64,000 nucleotides of DNA from Oculina patagonica. Lineage: Eukaryota. Position numbers and translations under genes: made by a program. Of the stretch, positions 37,109 to 48,692 are shown piece by piece. The notes beneath the pieces are model-generated. The model was not told the origin of the DNA, did not search any database, and saw only the letters and a list, made by a program, of their open reading frames with translations. The stretch is taken from assembly GCF_052425735.1 (NCBI RefSeq), contig NC_135759.1, forward strand, positions 29,388,001 through 29,452,000, read 5' to 3'. Position 1 is the first letter of the stretch. Every line of letters starts with the position of its first letter.

Positions 37109-37882
37109 ATGAAGTGATTTCGGAAAGCGCTTCAACAAGGAAGCATTTTTGGCATATTTCTCTTTTCTTTTTTCCTTACAGAAATCAGATTAGGTTAGGT
37201 GTGTGTTGATGTCTTGTGCTCCGGTCAAACATTGAACCCACACCCTAAAACATAGCACAGTTTCGTGCGACAATATAGAAATAAGGACCAAATTAAATCA
37301 AATCGATTCTAAGACGGCACCACCTTGTTTAGGGCAAAAGACGAAGGACATTTTTGCCACAAAAAGGACTTGATCGTCTTTACTGAGCTTAGTCGAAAAA
37401 AAAAACAAAAGAATTAAAACGAATAAGAACTTTGGCACGCTGACAGCATTGTAATTTGTTAGTTAGTTTTGAGCAGGGTTTTAAAAAGGCAAGTGACACG
37501 GGACACGCTGCTAAATTTAATTTGTTGCTGAATATCACCTTTTACGCAGTTAACTTGTATGAGCGTGTGCCCAACATGTGTCGTCTTCTTTATATTTGGT
37601 ATCATTTAAAATAAATGTTATTAAACTGAGCTGAATTGCGTTGTTGACTTCAATTTAATATATTTAAGCCTGGAGTGTACATAAATACTTGACAAAATAC
37701 CGAAACGAAATTTCTGAAAACTGAATAAACCCAACCCAACCCTAACCCAAATTTCAGATGCAAAAATCATTTTGAAAATAAGCCAAATCGAATGTTTGGA
37801 TTTATACTCAGTTATAGCTCTTGAAGAAAGATAATCCCCTACCGTAGAGCTTGTTTTGCCTTTTACGCTGTTAGGACTGTGT

Positions 37883-37954
37883 TAGCCTGCGTTGCAGACG
37901 AACAAAACCCCGGTTATGTATAACCGGGGTTTTGTTCGTCTGCAACGCAGGCTA
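37883..37954. mobile_element. 72-bp palindromic miniature element, TAG...CTA ends, 9-bp TSD
   Basis: TAGCCTGCGTTGCAGACG...CGTCTGCAACGCAGGCTA; TSD GGACTGTGT; absent in the duplicate copy (~45100). Similar elements at 23978-24082, ~29848-29965, 35035-35142 and ~39808-39893. Confidence 0.85.
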
Positions 37955-38528
37955 GGACTGTGTTAGAGAATGCTCAGATCTACTGTGGCACTTTAAGTTT
38001 GGGTTTCAGAACGTTATGTTCAGAGAGTTTTACTCTGTGGTATTCTTGCGCGCACCAGATGTGTATCAGCCAATAAAATCTCCTGCATCACAATCAGTTC
38101 AGGTCAGTTCCTTTGTCCCAGCAACCTTCGTGTTTTTCAGACAACTTAAGAGGAATGCGTGACACCATTTGTTTGTAACGCAAAATGGACCACACCACGC
38201 CTGATATATGCACTAGAATACTATTCTCGCAGCCGTTCAATGGAACGTCTATTGAACTAGTAAAGGTAAAAGATAAAATGAATACTATTGCATTACGTAA
38301 AATATATATCCGTGATCACGTGCGGAGATGAATAGTTCGAAATTGATTCTGTTTACACAAAAATATTCGGTATGAACACATATGCAAATCGCAAGTCTGT
38401 CGTCCATTTCGCGCCAAAGCGTGTTTGAACCTGTTAAAGCCAATTCCTGCACATCCTCAATCCAGTTTCTACTCTAGGCTTTTCATCCTGTGAATTATAA
38501 AAAGATTATTTCTCTGATTTCGCCAAAG

Positions 38529-38738
38529 TCATAAGAGTTTAACGGGATTCTTCTCTTCAAACAAATGATGCCTGGTGTAATCGTTGTTCAGCACTCGATT
38601 GGGCGTCCGTTCCAGTGTTGTTTTGATGTCTTTAAGCGGCTGTCTTGTGCAGATTATTGAAACGATCCACAATGTAACGAATAGGGCAAACAGAAGCGCA
38701 GAAATATCAATTGCTGTAGCCAAATCGAGACCCGACAT
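38529..38738 (-). CDS. Small single-pass membrane protein (69 aa)
   Basis: ATG-initiated ORF with an N-terminal TM segment (AIDISALLFALFVTLWIVSII). Intact in the duplicate (2 synonymous and 1 non-synonymous change). Similar to the ORF at 48693. Confidence 0.6.
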   Translation of the reverse strand: MSGLDLATAIDISALLFALFVTLWIVSIICTRQPLKDIKTTLERTPNRVLNNDYTRHHLFEEKNPVKLL

Positions 38739-39176
38739 GATTCGTGAATATCATCGATGCGTTTACGATTGGAGCGGTCGCAAAGTTGTTTCGTGGTTGC
38801 GTGACTTGGTACACCCAATCTCATGTTGCATACAAAGTGATTTTGTCCAGATTTTTTTCTTTCAGTGAAGAAACACGAAGAAAATGATAGTAACTTCCTT
38901 TGATCATCAGATAAAAATATAATAAAGCACATAGTCAAAAACCATCAAGAAATAACGAATGATGTCGCATCGCCGTGGAAATGAAGGGTGTCACGTACGT
39001 AAATATTGTAACTGAATGTCAACATCAGTGATCAGAGATAAGTCGTGCTCGCCCGCGATCGCTTCGAATCCAGCTTTATGTGATATATTTTACTGATGAA
39101 ATGACATGATAATCGCATTCCCGGCTAAATTGCAGCACAAAGACAGAACGTTGGTCAATTAAGATGGAATTCAGCC

Positions 39177-39551
39177 ATGGAAGAGGAAATACAACCGAGA
39201 TCTGTGCGAAAGAAATTGATGCGCGACACCATTTTCATTTTCGTTGGATTTTGTTTCATCATTTTGTGCTTCGTTTTCCTGGGAGTCGCACAGCAACAAC
39301 AACATATAACTGAGGAGCACTGTGAGGATTGTAATGGTGCGAATAATCCAAAAGTGTTTCGACTTCTTTCGGCGATATGTTTCATATTTGGGTTTACGAT
39401 CATGACCGTGTTTTGGTGGCATTGGAAAGCGATCAGAAGTGCTTATGTATTGCACCAAAGACACTTGGAATTGGAGAGATTGATAGGGAACGTTGATCAA
39501 CCAGTCAGAAGAGCAAATAGATTATCACTTGGAAAGAGAAACAGCGGTTGA
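39177..39551 (+). CDS. Small two-TM membrane protein (124 aa)
   Basis: GCCATGG start; two hydrophobic helices around a CEDC loop. The duplicate at 46368 has no indels or stops and several synonymous changes. Confidence 0.7.
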   Translation: MEEEIQPRSVRKKLMRDTIFIFVGFCFIILCFVFLGVAQQQQHITEEHCEDCNGANNPKVFRLLSAICFIFGFTIMTVFWWHWKAIRSAYVLHQRHLELERLIGNVDQPVRRANRLSLGKRNSG

Positions 39552-40044
39552 TATATAGATATATCTACCCAAGTAAACTCCCATAAGCATATTTTGTAAG
39601 ATGTCAATCAAGCCTGACTGGAATTTGCATGACTCAGCAGTGGTATTTTTTATGTTGAATTTTGATTACTGTACTACTTCAGATTTCGTTTCAAGTGAAA
39701 ACGTGCCCGTTGAAGAAAATGGTAAAGTTTTTTGTGAACCTTGATTGACACAAAACGTGAAATGACAGTTTTTTTAATTTTATAGAAAACCGTCCGACCG
39801 TGACAGATAGCCTCGACTCTCGTTGGGCTCGTCACGCGTTCGTTCGTAGGGAGGAACGCGTGACGAGCCCAAAGAACTTCTGCGTAGGGGCTAGTGGCTT
39901 CATGATGAGATCATGAGAGAGCAACAACTCAATAAAACGTGAAAGGGCATTTCTGTTATATGTAAATCGTGATATCTAGATACAACTCCAACTAAGGTCG
40001 TAAAAGCTCGAACAAAGTTGTCAAAAATAATTATATAAACGAAT

Positions 40045-40544
40045 NNNNNNNNNNNNNNNNNNNNNNNNNNNNNNNNNNNNNNNNNNNNNNNNNNNNNNNN
40101 NNNNNNNNNNNNNNNNNNNNNNNNNNNNNNNNNNNNNNNNNNNNNNNNNNNNNNNNNNNNNNNNNNNNNNNNNNNNNNNNNNNNNNNNNNNNNNNNNNNN
40201 NNNNNNNNNNNNNNNNNNNNNNNNNNNNNNNNNNNNNNNNNNNNNNNNNNNNNNNNNNNNNNNNNNNNNNNNNNNNNNNNNNNNNNNNNNNNNNNNNNNN
40301 NNNNNNNNNNNNNNNNNNNNNNNNNNNNNNNNNNNNNNNNNNNNNNNNNNNNNNNNNNNNNNNNNNNNNNNNNNNNNNNNNNNNNNNNNNNNNNNNNNNN
40401 NNNNNNNNNNNNNNNNNNNNNNNNNNNNNNNNNNNNNNNNNNNNNNNNNNNNNNNNNNNNNNNNNNNNNNNNNNNNNNNNNNNNNNNNNNNNNNNNNNNN
40501 NNNNNNNNNNNNNNNNNNNNNNNNNNNNNNNNNNNNNNNNNNNN
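40045..40544. other. Assembly gap (500 N)
   Basis: Run of N between two near-identical ~6.7-kb blocks. Confidence 1.
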
Positions 40545-41484
40545 GGAGACTGCTAGCCTGTATTGTAGGCCACGTAATGCCGAGACTGAACTGCATGCCA
40601 GCCATGCGCCAATGCATGGTCCGGAAGTTCTCTCTCTTTTTTTAAACTTTTTCTTAAAACATTTTTCCGGTAATGGAACTAAGCTGTTTAATATCCTTCT
40701 GCAGGTCAAAGAGTGATACGGCAGGAGTCACGTTCAAAATAACAATTACTTTTAACGCCCATACTTTACGTAATGGATAATTTCAGACAATTTTATGATC
40801 AAAGACTTAGAGTTTTTTCTTACAAAATGTAGCTTTAGCGGGTACTGAATCAGAATCGCTCACTGAAGCTAAGATGGGAACATGATTTCTGCATTCCTAC
40901 TGGCCCAGTATATGGCGCGTGCAGCAAAATTGCGTATGATGACTGATGACTCATAATTTGGCGAGCTTGCACATGGTCGACGTATGCATGTGTGATATGA
41001 CGACCTGTGAAACAAAGTACGTATTGTTTTTCTTTTTGAGATTATCTTTTATCTGAATGGATCATTCTTGGGCAGTGTATTCCAAAAGGGACATACTTAC
41101 TGAGACAAATAAGGTCATCTTTCAAAGACTTCTCTGCTGTACTGTAGTGTCAAAAATAACTTCCTTCTTGTGGTAAGAATTACATCGGGAATGTAACAAA
41201 GAAACGTGCCAACACTTACGAGGGCGTTTAATCTCGCATGACATCAGCCAAGGCTATCTTTCAACTGGAACTTCAAATGCCCACGTTACGAGGCTTAAAT
41301 AACGGATGTGACACGCTGTTTTTGACGGCGAAGAGGCAATTAATTGTTTAACACCTACGTACCCCATTGTTTCTAGACGTATCTGGAGTAAACCGATCTC
41401 GGGTAACAGTCATGAAAATACCGAGATAAAAAGGACTGTCCCATTTGCGCAATTCAGTCTTGGAAAATCTTCGAAGGCATCACT

Positions 41485-44308
41485 ATGAAGAGCGTTTTGA
41501 TAGCTTTGTTGTTGGTCGTCGCTGTGCTGCTTGTTACAGCTGAACCCAGAAGACGAGGCGGAAAAGGAAGACCCGGAGGACTGAGACCCGGAGGACCGAG
41601 ACCAGGAGGACGAAGACCGGGAGGACCGAGACCATGGCAAAAGAAGTTTCTGGGTAAGTTACAAAAGCAATATTGTCTCCTTCTGTTATCAACTGTATAT
41701 CCAGTAGTTCTGATTTATTGCTTTACATTTGGAGTCCCCAATGTTGTCAAAGCTGATTTTGTTCTTTATGTTTAGAATGTCACAGAAATTGTTCAGACTG
41801 TCAAGAGGGGACTTGCCGGGCGTGTGATGACGATTTTGCACTGAAAACGATAACCCTTCGTCGCTTTAATAAAACTGTCAGTGTCTGTGTCCCTTGTGGT
41901 CGGCGACTTAAGATGAAGAATCCTGCTCTTTTTATTGAACAGTGTGTCACTGGTAAGTTAATATCCTTTGAATTTTTTGATGATGTTGGTATAAATACTT
42001 CGAGTCCCGTTGACAGTAAGGGGTGTAAAGCCAGAAGGGAGAACTTCATGCGCGGATCGTGCACCACGGGCACTTGATTTTCATTTATTCACGCAGCACG
42101 CGCGCGGTACACGTTTCGAACTTTTCCCTTTCGTCTTTAGAGACCAAAGGGCTACACCCTCTCCGAAGCAATATTAGACTGCAAAACAGTCGTTTTTTTC
42201 TCCAAAGTCGTTGGAAAAGCGCTTATCGCTCTCGTTCGAAAGCTGAGCGCGTTCGCAAAAGAAACGACTATTTTGCAGTCTAAAGCATTACGTAAAACTT
42301 TTACAAATAACAAAATCCTCCTGAAATTGCCCAAAATACACTGTAATTAAAACCCCTTCTGCTTGTACTCCTTTTTAAAAACGGTTCTCTTATATAACGT
42401 TTCCCTTAGAGTGTCCCAGAAACTGTACGACTTGTGAGGACGGCTCCTGTAAAATATGTGATGATGGATTCTTCAACGTTGAGACACGACTTCTGCAAAG
42501 GAAGATATGCGTTTCTTGCGGTCCGAGAATGAAGAAAAATTGGCCGGACGTTTATGTGAAAGAATGCTCACAAAATGTTAACAATCTTTTTATGTACTGG
42601 CTCGCTTGAGAAGGACCACATTGAACGAGTTTCTTTGTATTCATAATAAATACGTTGTGGCTGCCATCTTTCAGTGGAAATTCTGTAAAAATGTTTGACT
42701 GCCGGGCATTTAGTCTATTTAAGACCGTGCCCGGCTGCCGGGCATATAGCCACAGCCATATAAATAAACAGAGAAGATAATCTTTTTTTGAGAACGGAGG
42801 GAGAAGTGGCCCAGTCTTATCTGGAAACGCTTACATAATCATCATTGTCATCAACAACAACTTTCTTATTTTGTCAAATGGCTTCTAGCTGACCAGAGGT
42901 ATCCTACTATTGAACCGAGGGCACTTTTAAAATTGAAATAACAATAATTAATTATCAACTTCCAACTCGTTTAATTAATATATATCTGATCGGAACTTTC
43001 AATAATTTCACGGCGTTGGCCGAACACGGTATAACTTGGTATTAAAAGATTGTTTATGTTCTTAATACAGGCTGTGGACGCGGCTGTGCCAATTGTACTG
43101 AGCCTGGTGTATGCACCGAGTGCGAAGAAGACCTAAAGCTTTTCACTCCACCCGGCAGTAACATCACCAGGTGTATTAAAAATTGCCCCCCATTTTACAC
43201 ACTCGAGAAGGGTTCGTCTCCTCCAAGATGCGAAGTTAAGCAAATCAAAAAACCAAACAACAGTAAGTTTTTCCTTCAGATTGTTGTATAAGCGGAAGTA
43301 ATAAACTTGGATATATTGTCTAGGTGTGCTATCAAACTCGCTCCTCGCGTATTTTTGCGCCTGTAATGCATAATTTTTTGAGTTGACTAAAATTAAAAGG
43401 GTTCGCATTGCTCTTAATCCTCTGGGCCAGTGCGTTGCGATCGGACGGAGGGAGTTTTCCAGATAAAAGGGATACAACGGACGGAGCAGACTCGTGATAA
43501 AAAGCCCTAAGGATCAATTGATGCGTCAAGGGAAAGAGTTTTAAATGGGACCGTAAGTGTCCCACTCCGAATATCCATGGAAGTGGGTAATGTCTTAATT
43601 GCAACCTTCTTTTCTATTTTATCTTGCAGAATGTGGAAAAACCTGCGCTGCATGCACAGAACAAGGCATTTGTACGGAATGCTTAAAGCCATCGGTACTC
43701 ATAAAATTTGGTGACCGCTCAATGTGCAGACAGCGATGCCCATTCCATTTCAGAAAGTTTGTCGATCCAAAAACGAGGGCTACAATCTGCGAGAAACTTG
43801 ACAAGCAACAGCGTAAAGGTTAGTTCTCTAAACATAAACATGGAGGGTTGGGCAAGGGGGATTAGTACATACAGAATTCCCTAGCTCTTACAAAATGACA
43901 CGAATTTTCATAGTCTTTTTGCACTGAGTTGAACGAAAAAAAGGAAAAGATGCGGGTGCAAAAAATAAAGGAAAGGGAAAAATATAATTCCGTTTTTTCC
44001 TTTATTTCATCACAACCTCCTGACATTATGCCACTTACTTCAATTTGGGAGAAATTGATAAGCCATCCTAGCTGCTTTTTGCAGTACTCATGCACTAGGT
44101 AAAGGCCGTTGCCATGTTCAAACTAATACATCAACCTAATAAGCTATCTCTATCGCATCGCATTGTTGTGCGATTCAATAATGAAATAACGTTATCACTG
44201 GGCTCTTTATGAAAATGCTGATTTCTTAATTGGTTAATTGGTAATTAACGTTGTTTTTCTCTTCTTTAATTTACAGGCGGAAGAAAGAATCTTTCTGACC
44301 CATTCTAA
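41485..44308 (+). CDS. Type B furin-like-repeat protein, second copy (gene 4), with a mutated exon-3 donor
   Basis: Exons 41485-41653, 41776-41952, 42410-42577, 43071-43262, 43630-43818, 44277-44308. The donor after exon 3 reads G|TTAACA instead of G|GTAACA. Confidence 0.75.
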
Positions 44309-45704
44309 ACGAAGTGACTTCGGGAAGCGCTTCAACAAGCAAGCATTTTTGGCATATTTCTCTTTTCTTTTTTCCTTACAGAAATCAGATTAGGTTAGGT
44401 GTGTGTTGATGTCTTGTGCTCCGGTCAAACATTGAACCCACACCCTAAAACATAGCACAGTTTCGTGCGACAATATAGAAATAAGGACCAAATTAAATCA
44501 AATCGATTCTAAGACGGCACCACCTAGTTTAGGGCAAAAGACGAAAGACATTTTTGCCACAAAAAGGACTTGATTGTCTTTACTGAGCTAAGTCGAAAAC
44601 AAACAAAAAAACAAAAACAAAAAAAAAGAATTAAAACGAATAAGACCTTTGGCACGCTGACAGCATTGTAATTTGTTAGTTAGTTTTGAGCAGGCTTTTA
44701 AAAAGGCAATTGACACGGGACACGCTGCTAAATTTAATTTGTTGCTGAATATCACCTCACCTTTTACGCAGTTAACTTGTATGAGCATGTGCCCAACATG
44801 TGTGTCGTCTTCTTTATATTTGGTATCATTTCAAATAAATGTTATTAGACTGAGCTGAATTGCGTTGTTGACTTCAATTTAATATATTTAAGCCTGGAGT
44901 GTACATAAATACTTGACAAAATACCGAAACGAAATTTCTGAAAACTGAATAAACCCAACCCTACCCTAACCCAAATTTCAGACGCAAAAATCATTTTGAA
45001 AATAAGCCAAATCGAATGTTTGGATTTATACTCAGTTATAGCTCTTGAAGAAAGATAATCCCCTACCGTAGAGCTTGTTTTGCCTTTTACGCTGTTAGGA
45101 CGGGAACAGGGAAAGGGTGTGGCGAGGTAGGACTGTGTTAGAGAATTCTCAGATCTACTGTGGCACTTTAAGTTTGGGTTTCAGAACGTTATGTTTAGAG
45201 AGTTTTACTCTGTGGTATTCTTGCGCACACCAGATGTGTATCAGCCAATCAAATCTCCTGCATCACAATCAGTTCAGGTCAGTTCCTTTGTCCCAGCAAC
45301 CTTCGTGTTTTTCAGACAACTCAAGAGGAATGCGTGACACCATTTGTTTGTAACGCAAAATGGACCACACCACGCCTGATATATGCACCAGAATACTATA
45401 ACTCGCAGCCGTTCAGTGGAACGTCTATTGAACGAGTAAAGGTAAAAGATAAAATGAATACTATTGCATCACGTAAAATATATATCCGTGATCACGTGCG
45501 GAGATGAATAGTTCGAAATTGATTCTGTTTACACAAAAATATTCGGTATGAACCACATATGCAAATCGCAATTCTGTCGTCCATTTCGCGCCAAAGCATG
45601 TTGAACCTGTTAAAGCCAATTCCTGCACATCCTCAATCCAGTTTCTACTCTAGGCTTTTCATTCTGTGAATTATAAAAATATTATTTCTCTGATTTCGCC
45701 AAAG

Positions 45705-45914
45705 TCATAAGAGTTTAACGGGATTCTTCTCTTCAATCAAATGATGCCTGGTGTAATCGTTGTTTAGCACTCGATTGGGCGTCCGTTCCAGTGTTGTTTT
45801 GATGTCTTTAAGCGGCTGTCTTGTGCAGATTATTGAAACGATCCACAATGTAACGAATAGGGCAAACAGAAGCGCAGAAATATCAATTGCTGTAGCCAAA
45901 TCAAGACCCGACAT
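45705..45914 (-). CDS. Small single-pass membrane protein, second copy
   Basis: Copy of 38529-38738. Confidence 0.55.
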   Translation of the reverse strand: MSGLDLATAIDISALLFALFVTLWIVSIICTRQPLKDIKTTLERTPNRVLNNDYTRHHLIEEKNPVKLL

Positions 45915-46367
45915 GATTCGTGAATATTATCGATACGTTTACGATTGGAGCGGTCGCAAAGTTGTTTCGTGGTTGCGTGACCTTGGTACACCCAATCTCA
46001 TGTTGCATACAAAGTGATTTTGTCCAGATTTTTTTCTTTCAGTGAAGAAACACGAAGAAAATGATAGTAACTTCCTTTGATCATCAGATAAAAATATAAT
46101 AAAGCACATTAAAATAATTTCAAGTCAAAAACTATCAAGAAATAGCAAATGATGTCGCATCACCGTGGAAATGAAGGGTGTCACGTACGTAAATATTGTA
46201 ACTGAATGTCAACATCAGTGATCAGAGATAAGTCGTGCTCGCCCGCGATCGCTTCGAATTCAGCTTTATGTGATATATTTTACTGATGAAATGACATGAT
46301 AATCGCATCCCCGACCTAAATTGCAGCACAAAGACAGAACGTTGGCCAATTAAGATGGAATTCAGCC

Positions 46368-46742
46368 ATGGAAGAGGAAATACAACCGAGATCTGTGCGA
46401 AAGAAGTTGATGCGCGACACCATTTTCATTTTCGTTGGATTTTGTTTTATCATTTTGTGCTTCGTTTTCCTGGGAGTCGCACAGCAACAACAACATATGA
46501 CTGAGGAGCACTGTGAGGATTGTTATGGTGCGAATAATCCAAAAGTGTTTCGACTTCTTTCGGCGATATGTTTCATATTTGGGTTTACGATCATGAGCGT
46601 GTTTTGGTGGCATTGGAAAGCGATAAGAAGTGCTTATGTATTGCACCAAAGACGCTTGGAATTGGAGAGATTGATAGGGAACGTTGATCAACCAGTTAGA
46701 AGAGGAAATAGATTATCACTTGGAAAGAGAAATAGCGGTTGA
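46368..46742 (+). CDS. Small two-TM membrane protein, second copy
   Basis: Copy of 39177-39551. Confidence 0.68.
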   Translation: MEEEIQPRSVRKKLMRDTIFIFVGFCFIILCFVFLGVAQQQQHMTEEHCEDCYGANNPKVFRLLSAICFIFGFTIMSVFWWHWKAIRSAYVLHQRRLELERLIGNVDQPVRRGNRLSLGKRNSG

Positions 46743-48692
46743 TATATGGATATATCTACCCAAGTAAACTCCCATAAGCATTTTTTGTAACGTAAAACAC
46801 GAAGCTGTCAATCAAGCCTGATCATGACTGGAATTTGCATGACTCAGCAGTGGTATTTTTTATGTGGAATTTTGATTACTGTACTTCTTGAGATTTCGTT
46901 TCAAGTGAAAACGTGCCCGTTGAAGAAAATGGTACAGTTTTTTGTGAACCTTGATTGACACAAAACGTGAAATGACAGTTTTTTGTAATTTTATAGAAAA
47001 CCGTCCGTCCGTGACAGATAGCCTCGACTCTCATCTCGTTGGGCTCGTCACGTGTTCGTTCGTAGGGGAGGAACGCGTGACGAGCCCAAAGAACGTCTGT
47101 GTAGGGGCTAGTAGCTTCATGATGAGATCATGAGATAGCAACAACTTAATAAAACGTGAAAGGGTATTTCTGTTATATGTGAATCGTGATATCTAGATAC
47201 AACTCCAACTAAGGTCGATAAAGCTCGAACAAAGTTGTCAAAAATAATTATATAAACGAATATCGAATAGTTTAATAAGCTGACACGTTATACAACAATT
47301 AGAAAATTTCCAAGGAATGTTTCTGAGTACCACAGATCCCACGAGCGTTGACGCGGAACCAGATTGAGCTGCTGACTGAAAGGAAAGTGATGGTTGAGGC
47401 GAGACCCCCTGAGAAGAGTACAGTGACAGTTGTTGGGAGCTCTGGGTGAACGAGCCACGCTGACGGAGAAAAGGTAGAGGACTGTCCCCCTGACGGGGGG
47501 GCGCATAGCAGAACCAGGCTCATTGCAGTGGTACAACGTTGAAGGCGCAAGACTCGTGATTTGCGGGTTTAATTTTTTTTACCCATATGACGCAGTACAT
47601 GCAAAAAAAACAGTCGCATTGGACACCTATAGTATAAATTCCAATGCTTATTTTTTATTTCTTCCTCTTGAAAGCACATTTGACTCCTTAATTACATAGT
47701 TAAACGTTGAACACCCGAAGTGGAACCAAAAAAACAATATCAAATCCTAAAATACCCTCCCCCCCCCCCCCCTCCCTTCCCCACACTGTAAGACCAGAAC
47801 TTTAAAATGCAAAGTTCACCTTGTAAGCAGTCAACAATTTGGTTAAATTTACATGTCATTAACGTCTTGCAGGTGCATTTCTACTGAACATTACACCCAA
47901 CAACGGTTACGTGCATTATTCTGCGTCGTGTATGTGGTTCTAGAGATCTCTAGAGCTGCATTCTGAAGCAAAGCTCACTTTGGCTGTCATTTTAAATTTA
48001 TAGATATTGGTCGATCACTTACTGATCGTAGAAACTTTTTTTTTTCGAATTTCAACGAAATTATCATTCCCAGAGCCCTCAATATGTTCCCCTTGACTCA
48101 GCGGTAGTCAATAGATCAATTGAGTTTTAAATGCTAGAGCAGCATGCAAATATGATAACTTTTACAGCATGTAGTCATTTGGGCCATCACGCCAGGAAAC
48201 ATCATTATTATGGCGACTTTCAGACAATTAGACCACTGATATATAAATTTTCTATCTATTTACTGATTCCGATGCACAACAACTCCAGAAGCAATCAAAA
48301 TAGACGTCATTGATCATGGCATATTTACGCGAACACGCGCGCGAATCTCGCGTCATTAATATTTTTTTCACCTCCGGTCAAGCGCGAAATGAAATAAACA
48401 CGTTTAAAATTTCACTTTGAAACGCGCCAGACAGGGTTTGATTCTAACCGCGTTCTCGTGTTTTCCATAACTTGCCATCGCCTTTTGTGTATTCTAAAGT
48501 CATCATTCGCTAGTGGCAAACTTTCAAGCTAATGGGATCGGGCCGATGATTTCCTAAAATACTATAAAACTACTACAGACTCTAGAAACATCTTCAGCAA
48601 GGGTGGATGTATGGAAATTTGTGATCAGTGCTCGTAAATTATCAACGACAAGCGATCGACCGCAGAAGTAGCGGGAACATTTCATCTTGAAT

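Larger units (their letters stand above)
40545..47261 (+). repeat. Near-identical direct copy of 33413-40044 (tandem duplicate or uncollapsed haplotype)
   Basis: Colinear throughout; both copies end exactly at the gap edges. Confidence 0.9.

Noticed and set aside
38584-38868. Plus-strand ORF overlapping the small TM gene
   Set aside because: Non-ATG start and frameshifted in the duplicate copy, whereas the minus-strand ORF is preserved.
33413-47261. Treating genes 3 and 4 as a proven true tandem duplication
   Set aside because: The copies abut a fixed 500-N gap and are near-identical, the typical pattern of uncollapsed haplotypes; left unresolved.
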